Source: Phoronis australis (taxonomy: Eukaryota > Animalia > Phoronida). From it: DNA of 64,000 nucleotides. Below the pieces are notes generated by a model, which saw only the letters and a program-made list of their open reading frames with translations, made no database searches and was not told the origin of the DNA. The stretch is from the NCBI GenBank assembly GCA_002633005.1, contig NMRA01000246.1:239856-303855 (forward strand), in the 5' to 3' direction. Below are positions 1 to 12,800 of this stretch, piece after piece; position 1 is the first letter of the stretch, and every line of letters begins with the position of its first letter. The position numbers and the translations under genes are program-made.

Positions 1-505
1 ACTGTGAAGGAAAAGTTCCAAGTAGAAATTTGTTTCTGGCATTCTAATGCTGTGCTAATCTCGTATGTTGGTAAATTTGTTTTTAATTCTATGTTTCTGT
101 GGTGCTTTAAGCAACTGGTGTATAGGATGTGCTTGTATTATGAAGATTACTAACATTTTGCCCCTAGCCTATTGAGGAGACAATGACCATGCCTTTCCAT
201 TTTGCAAAGTATGCCCTCTACTGGCCACTTTATGGTACCAATAAACAACCCTAGAAGGATACCGTTTGCGGTGCAATTGTGGGCGCATTTCAACGCTCCG
301 CGTTGCTCTTGTTTTTATTGTAACCTCGTTTTCAGGTCACCTCCTTCGTTCCGACCTCGTTGACGTACGCCTAAATCTTATTAAATTTTCCCACCTCCTA
401 CCATCCCCCTTTTCAGCATTCTCTCGTACCTCCACATGGCCGGCACTTTTCATTTGCCCATCTTACCAGAGATTAGTATTTTTTACCTTGTTTAGTCACT
501 ACCTA

Positions 506-572
506 TTACTTGTAATTGTATTAGTCATATAAATGACCTTACTTGTAATTGTATTAGTCATAATAAACGACC
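506..572. repeat. Tandem duplication of a ~33-bp unit
   Basis: ttacttgtaattgtattagtcata(t/at)aaa(t/c)gacc occurs at 506-538 and 539-572. Confidence 0.9.
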
Positions 573-675
573 TTATATCACCTACTTCGGTCTTTGTTTC
601 TCTGGTAACGAGCTTGTGATGCATGAACTATTATATATATCATTCGGGACATATGTCTTTCATAAAAGATGTTTC
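555..675 (+). repeat. Dispersed repeat, homologous to 12852-12967 (probable retroelement terminal sequence)
   Basis: agtcataataaacgaccttatatcacct...tctctggtaacgagcttg...ttcgggacatat aligns by eye with agtcataataaatgaccttatatcgcct...tctctggaaacggagcttg...ttcgggacatat. Confidence 0.75.
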
Positions 676-807
676 GAAGTTATGGTAAAAATTCTCCTGT
701 TTGGCATCTATTTTTGATGATTTTGTAAACTATTTTCAGACTCGGTTGATACACAACAAAATGCAGTGTCTAAAATTTGGGAAATATGATGAATGCCAAA
801 ATGAGCC

Positions 808-3800
808 ATGTCCCAATCTTCAGAATCAAGAAAATTCAATTTCCATGTCCCAAATGTTAGACTTCCCAATCTGGATAATTTTTATCATAGTCAGATTTAC
901 TGTAAGTGGAACTGGGGCTTAGGTGTCAACTTGCTGGTCATCACATTAAGTCTGATGAACTCTATTGTCTAATGTAATTTGATACATTTTGTTTTTAGGG
1001 ACATCGTCGATATTTGATCCTGTGGAGTTTTTAGAACTTGACACACCTAAAAAGCCCTTTATTGTAAGTATAAACAATATTTTCATCTGTGCTTTCTATG
1101 ATGTGGAGAAAGTGATTGGTGTTGTGTGAACCAATGACTTCAATATGATATTTTTCGTCAACATGGGAACTACTGAAAATCACGTCTTGGCTATTGCTAC
1201 TACTGTGTTGATGGCTTAAGTCAAGGACCACTTTTCAATCTACTGAGATCTTGTCTATCATTTCGAACTTTACTTGAAACACTTTTGCAGTTTATGTTGA
1301 AACATAATAATTGCATTGCTAGGTCTTCGTAACTCATTCATTTCTGTAAGTTGCATTTAAATTTTTGTTTTTGATGGCGGTAAAAACTCTTGACTGGATC
1401 AGTATTCCACAGTTGTTTCTCAATGAGACTATTGTAATTCCTGATCCATGCCCATGCTGTTTTTTTAATTAGTGGCTCCTGACAGTGTTAGGAGTGCGAG
1501 GTCTCTGCATCTTTTTGGTTGGCTAGCTGACTGAATTTGAGTGTGGTCATCTCACTGTCAGTTTGTTCCTTGTACATCAATCATACACATTTTACTCTGC
1601 AGGTGTCTGTCGAGGGAAATATAGGCTGTGGCAAGTCTACTCTCCTGGATTACTTTAACTGTTCAAACATTGTTGAGGTATATGCCTAAGCTTTGATTTC
1701 AGTTTCTAAGAAATGTTGTCCTGCATAATCATGTAAACGAACTTGTTGTGAAGACCCAGTAAACCTACAAAACGCAAAAACAAACAAAAGCACTGTTGCT
1801 GTTGTGTCCACAAGGTGTCACAGTTTTTCAAAAGATGCTATCCTTTCATTCAGCTTGTCTTGTAGTAGAAGACTCTTAAAAAATGAACGTATTCATGTGT
1901 ACCTAAAAATATGCATGCATATACTTGACAAAAAGCACGTCTGTACATCACAACATATTGATGTTTTAGTATCAATTTTTGTTACTAAATACAGGAGTAA
2001 ATAGCTTGTCATGTTTTTAATCCATCTTGGCTAAAAGTTTTATGTCCCTAGTGCAACTGCTATTGATTCAACTGTTGAAGCACTGCAGATTTGTTTGAGT
2101 CTTTTTGTCAATTTGTTGTGTCGGGTTACTGACTCACCTCAAATGTAGGTACTTGGTATGAAGTTTTTAAACAAATTGTCGGCCTTAACGTGTATCTAAA
2201 CCTGCATTCTGTTGAAGAAATTAACTTTTGATTTAGACCACTTGCTCCAAAATTGGTCACAACATGTTCCTTGCTCAGATGAGAGTGAGTTTTGGTCTAG
2301 CAAGGAGCTGCGTTTCTCGATTACATGTACGGCAACTAATATGGCAAACTCTGTCTCTATCAGTAACAACCTTGCCAAGTCTAGAAGTTACACCTAGTTT
2401 GACTGATTAACACTTTCAGACTGCCTCCATAACAGTAAGCGGTCAAAATCAAAAATTAATTTTCGTCACAGAAGGCAGGTTTGTAGACGCTTTAAAAATT
2501 TAAAGGTCCATCTTTTCACACTAACTCATCTTTGATTGGTGAATCATGTTTTACAGACTTTAAAGGAACCTTTAGATAAGTGGACTAACATACATGGACA
2601 AAATGCTTTGGTAAGTAAACACGGTTGGTTTTCATTGGGGTTACGGAAATGCTCGTGTAAGTGACATATTCACTATTGAGTCTGACCATGTTGTTTTTTT
2701 TCCATGCTTATTTGTGTGTGTTCTATTGTGTGCTGTCCAACTGTTATAATTTTCGTTACCACTGTGATAGACACTATTGTTACACGTCACCACATGGTGA
2801 AACATTCTCTAACTCCAGGTTCACATGAATGGGGAAAATGGTAGAAGTTTATCAGTGGTGAAAATGCTGGCATTTTAGCTTAAGTGCCATCCACACACAC
2901 AGACTTACCCTAGAACAAGTTACTCCTGGAATGAGTTGTTGCTAGTTTTGAGTGCTGTTTGGACGCTATTTAAAGTAGCGCAACTTCCACCCTTGTGTTA
3001 ACTTAGTAATACTTACTCCACATTATGGAAGTGGGGTAACTTGTTCTAGGGTAACTTGCGTCACATGTAATCGCTGTGTGGCTGCAAAAGTGGGCAAGGT
3101 GGAAGTAATTATCAGCTGTGATTACATGCAGACGGATTTTCTTTTGCGCACCATACTTGCGTTAGGTGTTCATTGTCATGCACAGAGCGACAACTTCCAC
3201 CTTACCCTATTTATCAGATATGTGTGTGTGTGGACACTCCACTTAAAGATGGGGTAAGTTGCACTAGCGCAAGTTGTTCTAGGGTGTGCTGTGTGTGGAT
3301 GGAACTTTACTCTCGTAAAGTTGGTTTTAAAATAATATTTCCTATTGTGATAGGGATCTGCTTTCTTTGCTTTTTTAGCCTGCTAAACATGGCGAAATGA
3401 AGCTTTAATTGTAACTGTAAATAATGGCCACTATTTTGTGTATGTCTCTTGAAGTGAGCAGTCTAGCAACAGATAGGTTAGCAAAAACGAAAGCAGATTA
3501 ACTCAAAGTGTCAGCAGGTGGCGCTTGTAAGCATTCACATTTTTGGCATTTTTCATGCTAGCAAAACTGGAAAAAAAATTGTCAGCGTTTTGCCAGTTTT
3601 TGAACTGTTCTTAATATTTAGCACTATTTCAGTGAAGAAGAGCCATTGGGTGGTTTTAAGGGGTCTTCTTCAGTCAACAGGGTTCAACAGAAATATTGCC
3701 TGTCACCCATTTGACTTACTTCTTGCTTGTTGAAGTCTATAGAAGTTTGTTGAAGGCACTGTTATTTTTCTCCTGATCAGGGTCTGTTGTATCAAGATGC

Positions 3801-6800
3801 CAAAAGATGGAGCTTCTCGTTCAACACATATGTTCAGCTGACCAGACTACAAATGCACCAAGCAGAAACGGTGAGCACATTAAATGATGGGCATGAAGTA
3901 TCACCATTTGCAAATGCTAATTTGAAGTTAATTTGTTTCCAGTCAGGGTACTGTAGTTGTGCATCGAAGCTGATGTTTTAGAATAAGATGTTTGTAACAG
4001 CCTGAAATTTCAGTTTCGAATTTACAGTGAGAATTTAACTGCAACTCAAACCACATGGTGTGAGGTTTAGCTCTATGGTTCACTTGCTTTGTTCTCTCTC
4101 TCAAGAGCCTCCTTGCATTTTTAACCATTAACAAGACTGTGTCTCAAATTGTTCCTTCCTTTGTGCTCATGATGAGAAATGAGACATAATGTTAAGTTTA
4201 CAAACTCCTCATTTAAGTTGTGTTTGAGGTTCTAAATTTCTAATATTTTTGTCTTTCCAGTATAAACCAGTCAAGCTGTTGGAAAGATCACTGTATAGTA
4301 CACGTTACTGCTTTGTAGAGCATGAAATCATATCGTAAGTTAGTCAAGGTGTCGAACACAACATCTAATGCCAATTGAGGCATGCTTGCAAGGCTTTCAT
4401 ATCCCTAGTCTAATACCTGTACTGTGTTGTGTCATCGCCTTTGCTTGTGTTTCTTCATCCTCCTGTCCTTCCCACAGTGCTACATACAATACACATTAAT
4501 AAAGCACTGTGAATTTCTTCGAACAGGAACCCCAGATGACGTCCATAGCACTGGAATATACCCACGAGCTTACTTTTTAAGCTACAAGAAAAAATTCTGA
4601 AATTTGTATGGTTTCCTAAAATGGAAAGTGACAGTGTTCTCCGCTACTGAAAACTCAAACTTACCAGAATTGCACTGATTGTTATTCTCTGCAGTGCAAA
4701 AGTACTTGCTGGTGCACATTTAGCTTGGTGGAACCAGGTGTTCTTTACACAGGAGCGCAGAAAAGTAATGTGTTTAAAAACTAATGATAACTAATAGTTA
4801 CAAACTAATTTTCTAAATAACAAGAACACATTTAATACTCCGAACATTCAAATGTATCGCTAGTCCGGCAAATAGATCACACACGTTGACAATTTCAAGC
4901 AAGACGCACACGGGGACTCATTCAAACAGTTAAAACATGGATGGCACATTCAAGCAGGTCGTGGAGAACACTGAGTGTCATGTGTCAAAATAAGATGAAG
5001 CTCTATTTGAAATAGGGCAGAATTCATTTCACAAATTCTCAGTACATTAAAGTGAGACTAGTTACATCTGGTTGCAAAATTCAAACATATCTCATGAACA
5101 TTCTGTATTGCATCATGTTGTCTCCTCACCAGATAATATCTGCCAAATTTCATCATGTGCAAAAACTTGACAGTTCATTTGTAATTTTTTTTTGCTCTGT
5201 TAACCTACAGATAGTGTTTCTTTCCAAACTTATTAGCATTAGGCTAAACTGTAATGGTATGAATTATGACATCTCACTAATATGTATTTTCATTTGTCAG
5301 AGGTACACTGCAGACCATGGAACACACAGTCTTGACTGGCTGGTTTGACTGGCTTTTAGCCAATCAGGGAATACACGTTGATCTCTTTGGTAAGTTGGTG
5401 AAATTATATGGATCGAGTGAAGACTACATTTGAGAATCTTTCTGTGAAATGATATGTTAACAAGACAATTGTATGTTTGTTGGAGAATGTAGTTGTTTAC
5501 AAGGCATTGCCAAGAATGGGGGGGGAGGTGTAAACTAATCGTCATGCTTGTTTCAAGCCTGTCGCTGCTAGGCTCCAGTATGATAGAATTATTTTCTGAC
5601 TGCACTTATTAGCATTCATGTTTCAAACTTTGAATTATTACACTATTGTTGATTATCAACTTTTATGTTAGCATCTTTTGAGAAGCGACTTTCAATTCAA
5701 GTTTTATTTGAAGTGTAGTATTCTGATAAATTGATCCATGCTTACACTCAGACACATTAAGGCCATTTACTTGAATTCAATTTTCACTTCTGAGGCTGGT
5801 ATAAAAGGGTCTTCTAAATGTTCACTGTCATTTTACACCTCACTGGTTATGCATTTTCCTTTCGTAATGAGTGCCTGCACTTATTTTGCGAATGTTGGTT
5901 TATTGATCAATATACTTCACTTAAATTTGCTGAAAATGGGTGTGTGTGAAAGTGGCCACATTTCCCAGTTGTGCAAGGGAGATAGATGCCCTGGGTTTAA
6001 ACTCATGCTCAGCTTGACCACTTATATCAAGAGCTATGTTTTTGAATTTCATTTGCACTTTCTTAGTTCCAGGGTTTGACAGTGTCATAATTTTAGGTAT
6101 CATGGCTTTGTTTTAATTATGTCTTTCAGCAATTGCTGTGGTTAAATCCATCTCTTAAGCTGACCAGTACATCTGCTATCTTTTAGTTAAATTACTTTGC
6201 TTTCAGTCTACCTTCAAGCTGACCCCGACGTATGCTATGCACGGCTACAGAAGAGGAACCGAAAAGAAGAGGCAGGTGTACCCAAGGTCGGTTCATGATT
6301 CCACTTCACTATGTTATCAACATTGTTTCAACCAAGTAGTTCTTGCTCATTTTGTTCAAGTCTTTGTGTATGTGTGGATAGGCCCAAATTGGACACAGCA
6401 TAAATAATTTATTTTTCTAAAATATTTGGTTCAAGCGTGAAAGGTATGCCTATAACTTTATTAGTAAATGCAGTTGGTCATTCTGTTTATGCGTACATGT
6501 CTCATAACTGACCGTAACTCGTTTGTTGTGTATTTTTTGCCCATAAATAATTATCACTAACTAAAAATGTCAACACCTTACAATTTGTAAACGTTAAGTT
6601 AAACTTCATTCGTGTACTAATTTTAAAGAATTATTCTTTATTTTTCTCAAATGTTTCACGTGTATATGTACATTGGCCATTCTCGATCACAGAAAGTGTC
6701 CTGACACTAGTGTTCAACATAAATGTCGGCATTTGATAAAGAACCACAACTAAATATTAATTTATTTTCGACTGGATTTTGTTTCAGTCTATACAACAGA

Positions 6801-7679
6801 AGTTCGACAAAAGCATTGTTTTATTGTGAAATAAGTTCGAATAAACTAGCAAATGATTCTGACAAGATTTTTATCCAGATTTGGCGGAGAAGTCTGTTTA
6901 CAAGTTTTGAAAACTGAAGTGTAATATTGTTTCTATTAGTTTTACTATTCTTATGGCATATTTTATTAGCAGCCTCAGATATCCTTTATTTAATTTATTC
7001 TTAATTTTATTAATCTTTCAGTCCTATCTGGAATCTCTTCATCAGTTACATGAAGACTGGTTGATACATGGCAAGTTCCCCTTACCTGCGCCTGTATTGG
7101 TAAGGATTTGCACGGTCCTTGTCCTGATGTTGTAATTTTTGTTTTCTTTGCATCTCAATACATACCAGAATTTCATTTTGTCAATTTTTGGATGACTAGC
7201 ACTGCATGGCGTAGAATCTATTTTAAGATCACCGGTGTTGCTCACTCTAATGCATGTAAATGTTTGAAAGTGAACATCCCTAAAACTTTGTCATTTGCCA
7301 TGCACATGGCAGTGTGTGCATATTAACAACGCTGTACGTTGCCTTTGTACAGTAAAGTAAGACTCGCAAAATGAAAATTGTGATCCGTATTCATTCAGGG
7401 AATTTATTTTACGCCTATTAAGAATCGTGATTTTTTCAACATAACATTACAAAAATTCTGTATCATTTGAATTTTAGCTGCCTTGTTCTCCAAATAATGC
7501 TCCAGCTAAGAGGGAATCTTGTTTGTTCGTTGGTTTGTTGTAAGAAATTGTTTCTGTGTTACACTGTATTCTAATTATTGTAGGTTTTAGATGCTAACAG
7601 TGATTTACCCCAGATGACAAAACTATACGAAGAACACAAGTCAACGATACTCTGTGGCTGTTCAGAACAAGCGAGTTGA
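808..7679 (+). CDS. Deoxyribonucleoside kinase / thymidine kinase 2-like, paralog 1 (10 coding exons, ~264 aa)
   Basis: Exons with GT-AG ends and consistent phases: 808-901, 999-1063, 1603-1677, 2557-2610, 3781-3870, 4261-4334, 5301-5389, 6207-6286, 7022-7099, 7584-7679 (TGA), 795 nt in total. Motifs: KKPFI|VSVEGNIGCGKST (P-loop), EPLDKW, LYQDAKRWSFSF, LLERSLYS, VYLQADP, RLQKRNRKEE (LID), YLESLHQLHEDWL, VLDAN. Core exon sizes 75/54/90/74/89/80 match vertebrate TK2 as I recall it. The first two exons (start GCCATG at 808) are less certain than the core. Confidence 0.92.
2883..3306. mobile_element. PIF/Harbinger-type MITE in dNK1 intron
   Basis: Inverted ends AGTGCCATCCACACA...ACCCTAGAACAA / TTGTTCTAGGGT...TGTGTGGATGGAACT, flanked by TTA on both sides (2880-2882, 3307-3309), the 3-bp TWA TSD typical of PIF/Harbinger. 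Confidence 0.75.
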
Positions 7680-7714
7680 CCACTGCACAGACAAGTGAAC
7701 AACACTGAAGTAAT

Positions 7715-7957
7715 CAGGGCTTGGAATTTTCCTCTTTTAAAATGATTTTCTCTTTTTTGGTTTCAATTTCCTCTTATCTGATTTCTAGTTTCCTCTTTTT
7801 GTCTCTTTTTTATCATTCTAGTGACTTTATTCATGCAAAAACGTTTATTTCAGTTAACTTTTACAACACAAAAAGTAGTTCTATTCTATTTATTTGTGGA
7901 ACATTTTATCACCTGGAAAACTTTCCTCTTTTTTGTCATTGGTCATTCCAAGTCCTG
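7715..7957. mobile_element. Non-autonomous TIR element (CAGGGCTTGGAAT family) in dNK1 3' UTR
   Basis: TIRs CAGGGCTTGGAAT / ATTCCAAGTCCTG; near-perfect 6-bp TSD agtaat/aataat; same TIR as 19924-20432. Confidence 0.8.
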
Positions 7958-8663
7958 AATAATAAAGGACCTGAAATTAAATCGATGGTCTCAAACAGTC
8001 TGTATTTCTGCAAACTGTAGGAATTTAAGTCACTGTTCGGACAACTTTAATTATTCCCTATCGGGAGTATGGCAGCTTTTTAGTGAATGAAATTAACATG
8101 TATGTTATCTGAATGAATGTTAGAAGTGTGATTGAAAGATTCAAATGTATTGTGAGCAATGATTAACTTCATGAGAGTTTATGCTGTTGTAGTGATCTCA
8201 TGTAAAATACTCCTAGTTATGTTTTAGAAAGCTCAAACCAAATCTCCTTGGTTGATGTATATTCTTGTTCAACAGTCGTATATGAGAAACAGCTCAGGGT
8301 TGTTTCATGAAAAGTGACTGTAATGAAGTTGGTCTTGTGCTCCACAATTATTTCTGAAAACTAATTAAATCTCCCGATCTCCCGTGACCAAAATGCAAAG
8401 CCTCTGAAAATATACACATAACTGCTAGGTATTGAGATAATTTCTATAAATTATTTCTTTACTGTAATTCATTCATAATTACTTGAGAATGTACACATAA
8501 CTGCTAGTTATGTTAATTTCTCTCATTATGTCTAGAGTGTGATGCGCTCACAATTCACGATGTGATTGTGAAGTGGTAGCATAATACCAAATTTATGTCT
8601 TTAGTTCTTGATTCACTTTTCATGAAACATATCCCTGATGTTTCTTACAGACAGAAAGCGGGT

Positions 8664-8717
8664 GTCATTCACCTGATGTTATTCACCTGGTGTTATTCAC
8701 CTGGTGTTATTCACCTG
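8664..8717. repeat. 14-bp minisatellite, ~4 copies
   Basis: gt(c/t)attcacctg(a/g)t repeated head to tail. Confidence 0.9.
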
Positions 8718-8776
8718 AATTGGAAGAGAGTAATCTCCTTTTATTTCTCAAAGCGGATGCTTACAACCTGTTTATG

Positions 8777-9043
8777 CATTACGTAAAATTGTCGTGAGGA
8801 CTTGACAGGGACCTCAGGGGTCTACTCTTCACTGATTTATCCACAACGCTTTAACTGGTTTACGCATTGTGTGTCATAAAAGAGATAAGCCTACCTGCAG
8901 CTGACGCAGCAATTAGAACTACTCTCGTTTATCACATTGGTGTAGACTCACAGTTGAAATGTGGTTTTCTGTTGACCCCAGACCATCCGGAGTTGCACCA
9001 TATACCAACTCCGGAAGGTCTCTCTCGACGATTTATCGTTATG
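8777..9043 (-). mobile_element. MITE family A, copy 1 (inverted relative to 42624-42873 and 52012-52284)
   Basis: ~18-bp imperfect TIR CATAACG(A/C)TAAATCGTCG; shared core such as caacagaaaaccaca, gtcagctgcaggta and gaggtccctgtcaagtc; internal hairpin TCCGGAGTTG-N10-CAACTCCGGA. Confidence 0.85.
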
Positions 9044-11079
9044 GTCTAGATCTTAACTGGCATTTATTAGTTTTTCTCAGGGAACAGCATAGCATGTTTT
9101 GCTGGTGCCAGATTATTGTCGTTTAAAGAGAGAAAAGCAGTGTAACTGTTTCTGTTAATTGTTATGCCTCTGCACGTAACATCTGATGTAATATTTTTGT
9201 AGTTTATGTACAAATCCTGCAGTCTTTTTATGCTTCGTCCAAGGCAGTTTTAGTTGCACATTCTATAAAAAATGTTTCTTGCATTTTTATGGCTAGCACT
9301 AATTATTATGGAATTTGGCAGTTAGATACTGAAAAAATGAGTGTTGCAATATTTTTCTTGCTTTTTTGATAATATGCAAATTTCGGTTCTTGTGCTAACG
9401 TTGCAACTAATCAACAACACTGCACAGGTATGGAATATGAAACCATTTTGTTTGTTCAGAAGTTTTTAGCGAGGAAACTTAGATGTGTAAATACTTAGGG
9501 TTATCGGTGTTAATTTATGGGTTGCTAATGTCTACATAAAAACCCACCAATTTCACATTGCTTCTTGTAGATATAATATGTTTTATATAGAAACTCGTTA
9601 ACTGGGTGGTCCAAAAAGTGCCACATTTCACATTTGATCTTGAGTACAAAGTTTTTGTGTTTTGCAACATGTTTCCATATGTTCCTGGTGTTGCAGACAG
9701 GAGCTTATCAGATTCTTCCGACACCAATATGAATGATTGGACAAGACACCAAGCAGCAGTCTCTTCCTCAAAAACAGTTTGCTTGATTGGGCAATTGAAC
9801 ATTTGGTCGCAAAATTTCAGATCAGCGGAAGTGTAGCAAGTACGAAGAGGTTGCTGCAATCGACGTCTGTAAGCCAAAACTCTCCCCTTTGTTCAGAATT
9901 GTTGGCAAGCCATTTTCAATCCTATCCCCAATTATCTGACAAAATACCAGTTGATCTGGTTCGTTGCCATGGCTTGCTGCTGTTAAATTGGTGTAGCATG
10001 TTGTGTATGTTGTCAAGAAACAGCGGGTAGTCCACATGGAGACTTCTCATAACTGATGAAACTGCAACTTTATGTCACAGACTGCAAATTAATTTGGTTC
10101 AGTGGTGATTCCTAAAGCTGTTGTGGCAGTGCTTGCATGCTGGGGGTTCTGGCTGATAGACATAGACCACTAAACGTTCAATGTCCTATGGCATGCATTG
10201 TTCTTGCAAGAATATCCCCTTAGTTGCCTTATGTCAGTAACACCATTTTATGTGAAAAGTTGATCTCAATTTTAATCGGCTGCTGTTTAGTATGATAGTC
10301 CATTATGATTCACATTGGTGCCAAACTCGCAGACTGTTGTCAACATCACTTAAAATATTGGAAAATGCTTTAAAACAAATTCATGATGAAATATAAAGAG
10401 GAATTTTTCATCGGAAAATCTGTATATTGTGATCCCTTGGTTCATCTTTCCTAATATTCAATCATGTTAGCGCTCGGTAGATCAGGCGTCTTGTGGAAAA
10501 AGCGTGATACTGCAAATTTTTGTAAGTTTGGAAACTTAGGAGTCTTGTTTCCTAGTCTGGCTGCATGCTGGCAACTGGAGTGAGGCTAGGTACATGTACT
10601 TTACTAGGGTAAGGCAAGACAATCATATGGTGTTTACTGAAGTGATTGGTGGGTGAGCTTAGAATATTGGATTATAGGATAACATGAACTGTTTTCATTC
10701 CATGAGCGAAGATTTTTCGTCAAAAAATGCAAGCCCATGTCTGTTCTACAGAAGCAGCTCCCGTGAGTGCCACTGAGAGTCAAAACTGAAGAAATGCCGT
10801 CTGTTCAAAAGAATTCTCATTGGCCAGGCTGCACAATTCAAAGCTTAAATACGTGACAGGTGTTAATTAAATCTTGTTTTGAAAAATGTACATCAAGGTT
10901 TAACACTTGGCTGTATGTCCATCATTCATGTGTGGCTTTTGTATGAATTATTTGTAATTATAAAAGATTCTTAAAGAGAATAAAAACTCAATCACAATGT
11001 GAGTTCTCTAATTTTAGAGTAATGTGCTAAGTACGTGTAACCATTTAGTTATCCGATGTCAACCATCAAACAATTGGAA

Positions 11080-11125
11080 CGAGCGGAATATCTGCCATTT
11101 TGGCTTCCTGTCGCAGGCGGTACGC
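11080..11125 (+). promoter_or_regulatory. Candidate promoter region for dNK paralog 2
   Basis: YY1-like GCCATTTT (11094-11101) next to ETS-like GCGGAA and CTTCCTG, at the start of a CpG-retaining stretch just downstream of an AATAAA (10979-10984) that may end paralog 1. Motif-only evidence. Confidence 0.35.
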
Positions 11126-12249
11126 CCTCACACCCGGTTAGTTTCAGTGGCGAATCATTGCCGTCAAGAAATTCAAGTGATTTATTGTAACTAATTTCAA
11201 CTCAAAAACATTAAAAACGCGATACTTTGGAAGAAGAAAACTGACTTTCTTCAATTCCAAAGCATGGTCTATAGTTTTCTACGTGGTGTATTTGTTTCGA
11301 TCGTTTCTCATATGAACTGTCAGTGCCTCAAAATTTACTAAAGTCAAGCGCTTTCAGTTGACAAAGCGGGGTAAATCACGAAAGTTGTTTCAAGCCTGTT
11401 AACTTTCCAATAGGTGTATTTAATAGTTGCAGCAAATTGCGAAAGCACGGGATTTTTTAAAAGCCCGCTTTAACGGCGCCGGACTAGAACGGTGTGGAGG
11501 GCAAAAACCTGGGTGACTATCTACTATAGAGTTGTCAACTGGTCACGCGGAAAACTCCGACAAAAACTGAGGTGCATTCATCAGCAAATCACAAAACTGA
11601 ATACAAGTAACGGTTGCACAGCCGGGACAGCTTTGGTGCCCAACCGGGGCACCACCTCGTCTACTCACAGGGGCCACGCAGTTGTGACGGGCCGGCGCAA
11701 TCCTTGACTGGCTGTTTACATCGTTTTTATTTTTTTTTTTCCCATTTCTTATATTTTTGACTTATTCATATTTTTGTCCAAATTACTCTCCGAAATCTCA
11801 TGTCAAATGTCGTTACGGTCTTTTTTGACTTGAACAGCGAATAGTCAGGCACGGTGAATTCTGTCTTCGCTACACCTTAATATAAATATGTTTTTCTCTG
11901 ATAAGTGAAAATTGAAATATTACGGATGAAACGTTAATGCAGTGGTAAAAAGTAATTTTTTTGAGGCTCACAATACTGACTGAGCCAGTAAAAATATCCC
12001 CGGCAGTAATAGTTTCGTTTACCGGGAGTTCTTGACTCGCAGTGTTTAACTAACGTTTCAGAAGTTGCCCATATTTTGTATTCATTTCATCAAAAATATT
12101 GAAGAAAATGTGTTACACTTGATCGTGAACTGGTGAAATCGCCAAAATGGAGTGGACTAACTGTGTATTGCAACAGCGATCAACCCATTGACGAAGACTC
12201 AGTGCCATCTATCGGCACTCTGGAGAAGTTAATTTTCGAGATTTCAAAA

Positions 12250-12800
12250 ATGGTCGCGCCCATGCCTTGCAAACGATACTTGCAGAGAACTTTTACCAAG
12301 GCTTTTTAATTGCAAGCGTTTCAAACAAATTGATGTGTGCCACTGCAGCCAGGCTGTGTGACTGAGACCAGGGTTATTGGTAAATTATCCAACCGCGGCA
12401 CCGACACTTCTTCTCTCAGTCTAATATTGAGCAGCCAATAATACTGTCTCAGCAAGGCTATCTCGGGCATCCATGAACATCGACGATTCAGTGGTGGTCG
12501 CTTTGCTACTGTCTACTGTGCGTCTCGTCAGGACATAAGTCACACTGTCTGTCGACATCGATTGTTGCTCTTATGGTGTCTGCGTGTCTGTGGTGCCTGT
12601 TGGTTCCTTTGCCAATGGAGGTGTTTGAAACATATCTATGATGGTTGCAGGAATCACGTTACGTAAACAGGTGAAATGATAATCATTCGCAAGATAATTG
12701 CCAGGTGTTCCAGGAGAGGAAGACCCATTTTCTCCAGTCAGAAGGAACACCATGTAATGTTACTTTCAAGCCCATTTTCCACACCAAGCACACAGTCTCA
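12250..12800 (-). mobile_element. Decayed DIRS/Ngaro-like retroelement RNase H fragment
   Basis: Minus-strand translation across stops and frameshifts gives MFMDAR...AHINLFETLAIKKPW, resembling the (L)FTDAS...HINxLELLA(V/I) RNase H signature of tyrosine-recombinase retrotransposons. Confidence 0.45.

Noticed and set aside
7677-7745. Selenocysteine or readthrough at the dNK1 TGA (after CGCSEQAS)
   Set aside because: The protein is already full length, I see no SECIS-like element, and the downstream frame runs into a MITE.
8664-8717. CRISPR-like array
   Set aside because: Head-to-tail 14-bp units without spacers, in eukaryotic DNA with no cas genes; an ordinary minisatellite.
9515-10037. Cluster of overlapping 70-120-aa ORFs downstream of dNK1
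   Set aside because: No recognisable motifs or splice structure; probably chance ORFs or a fully decayed element. The same applies to most short ORFs in the supplied track.
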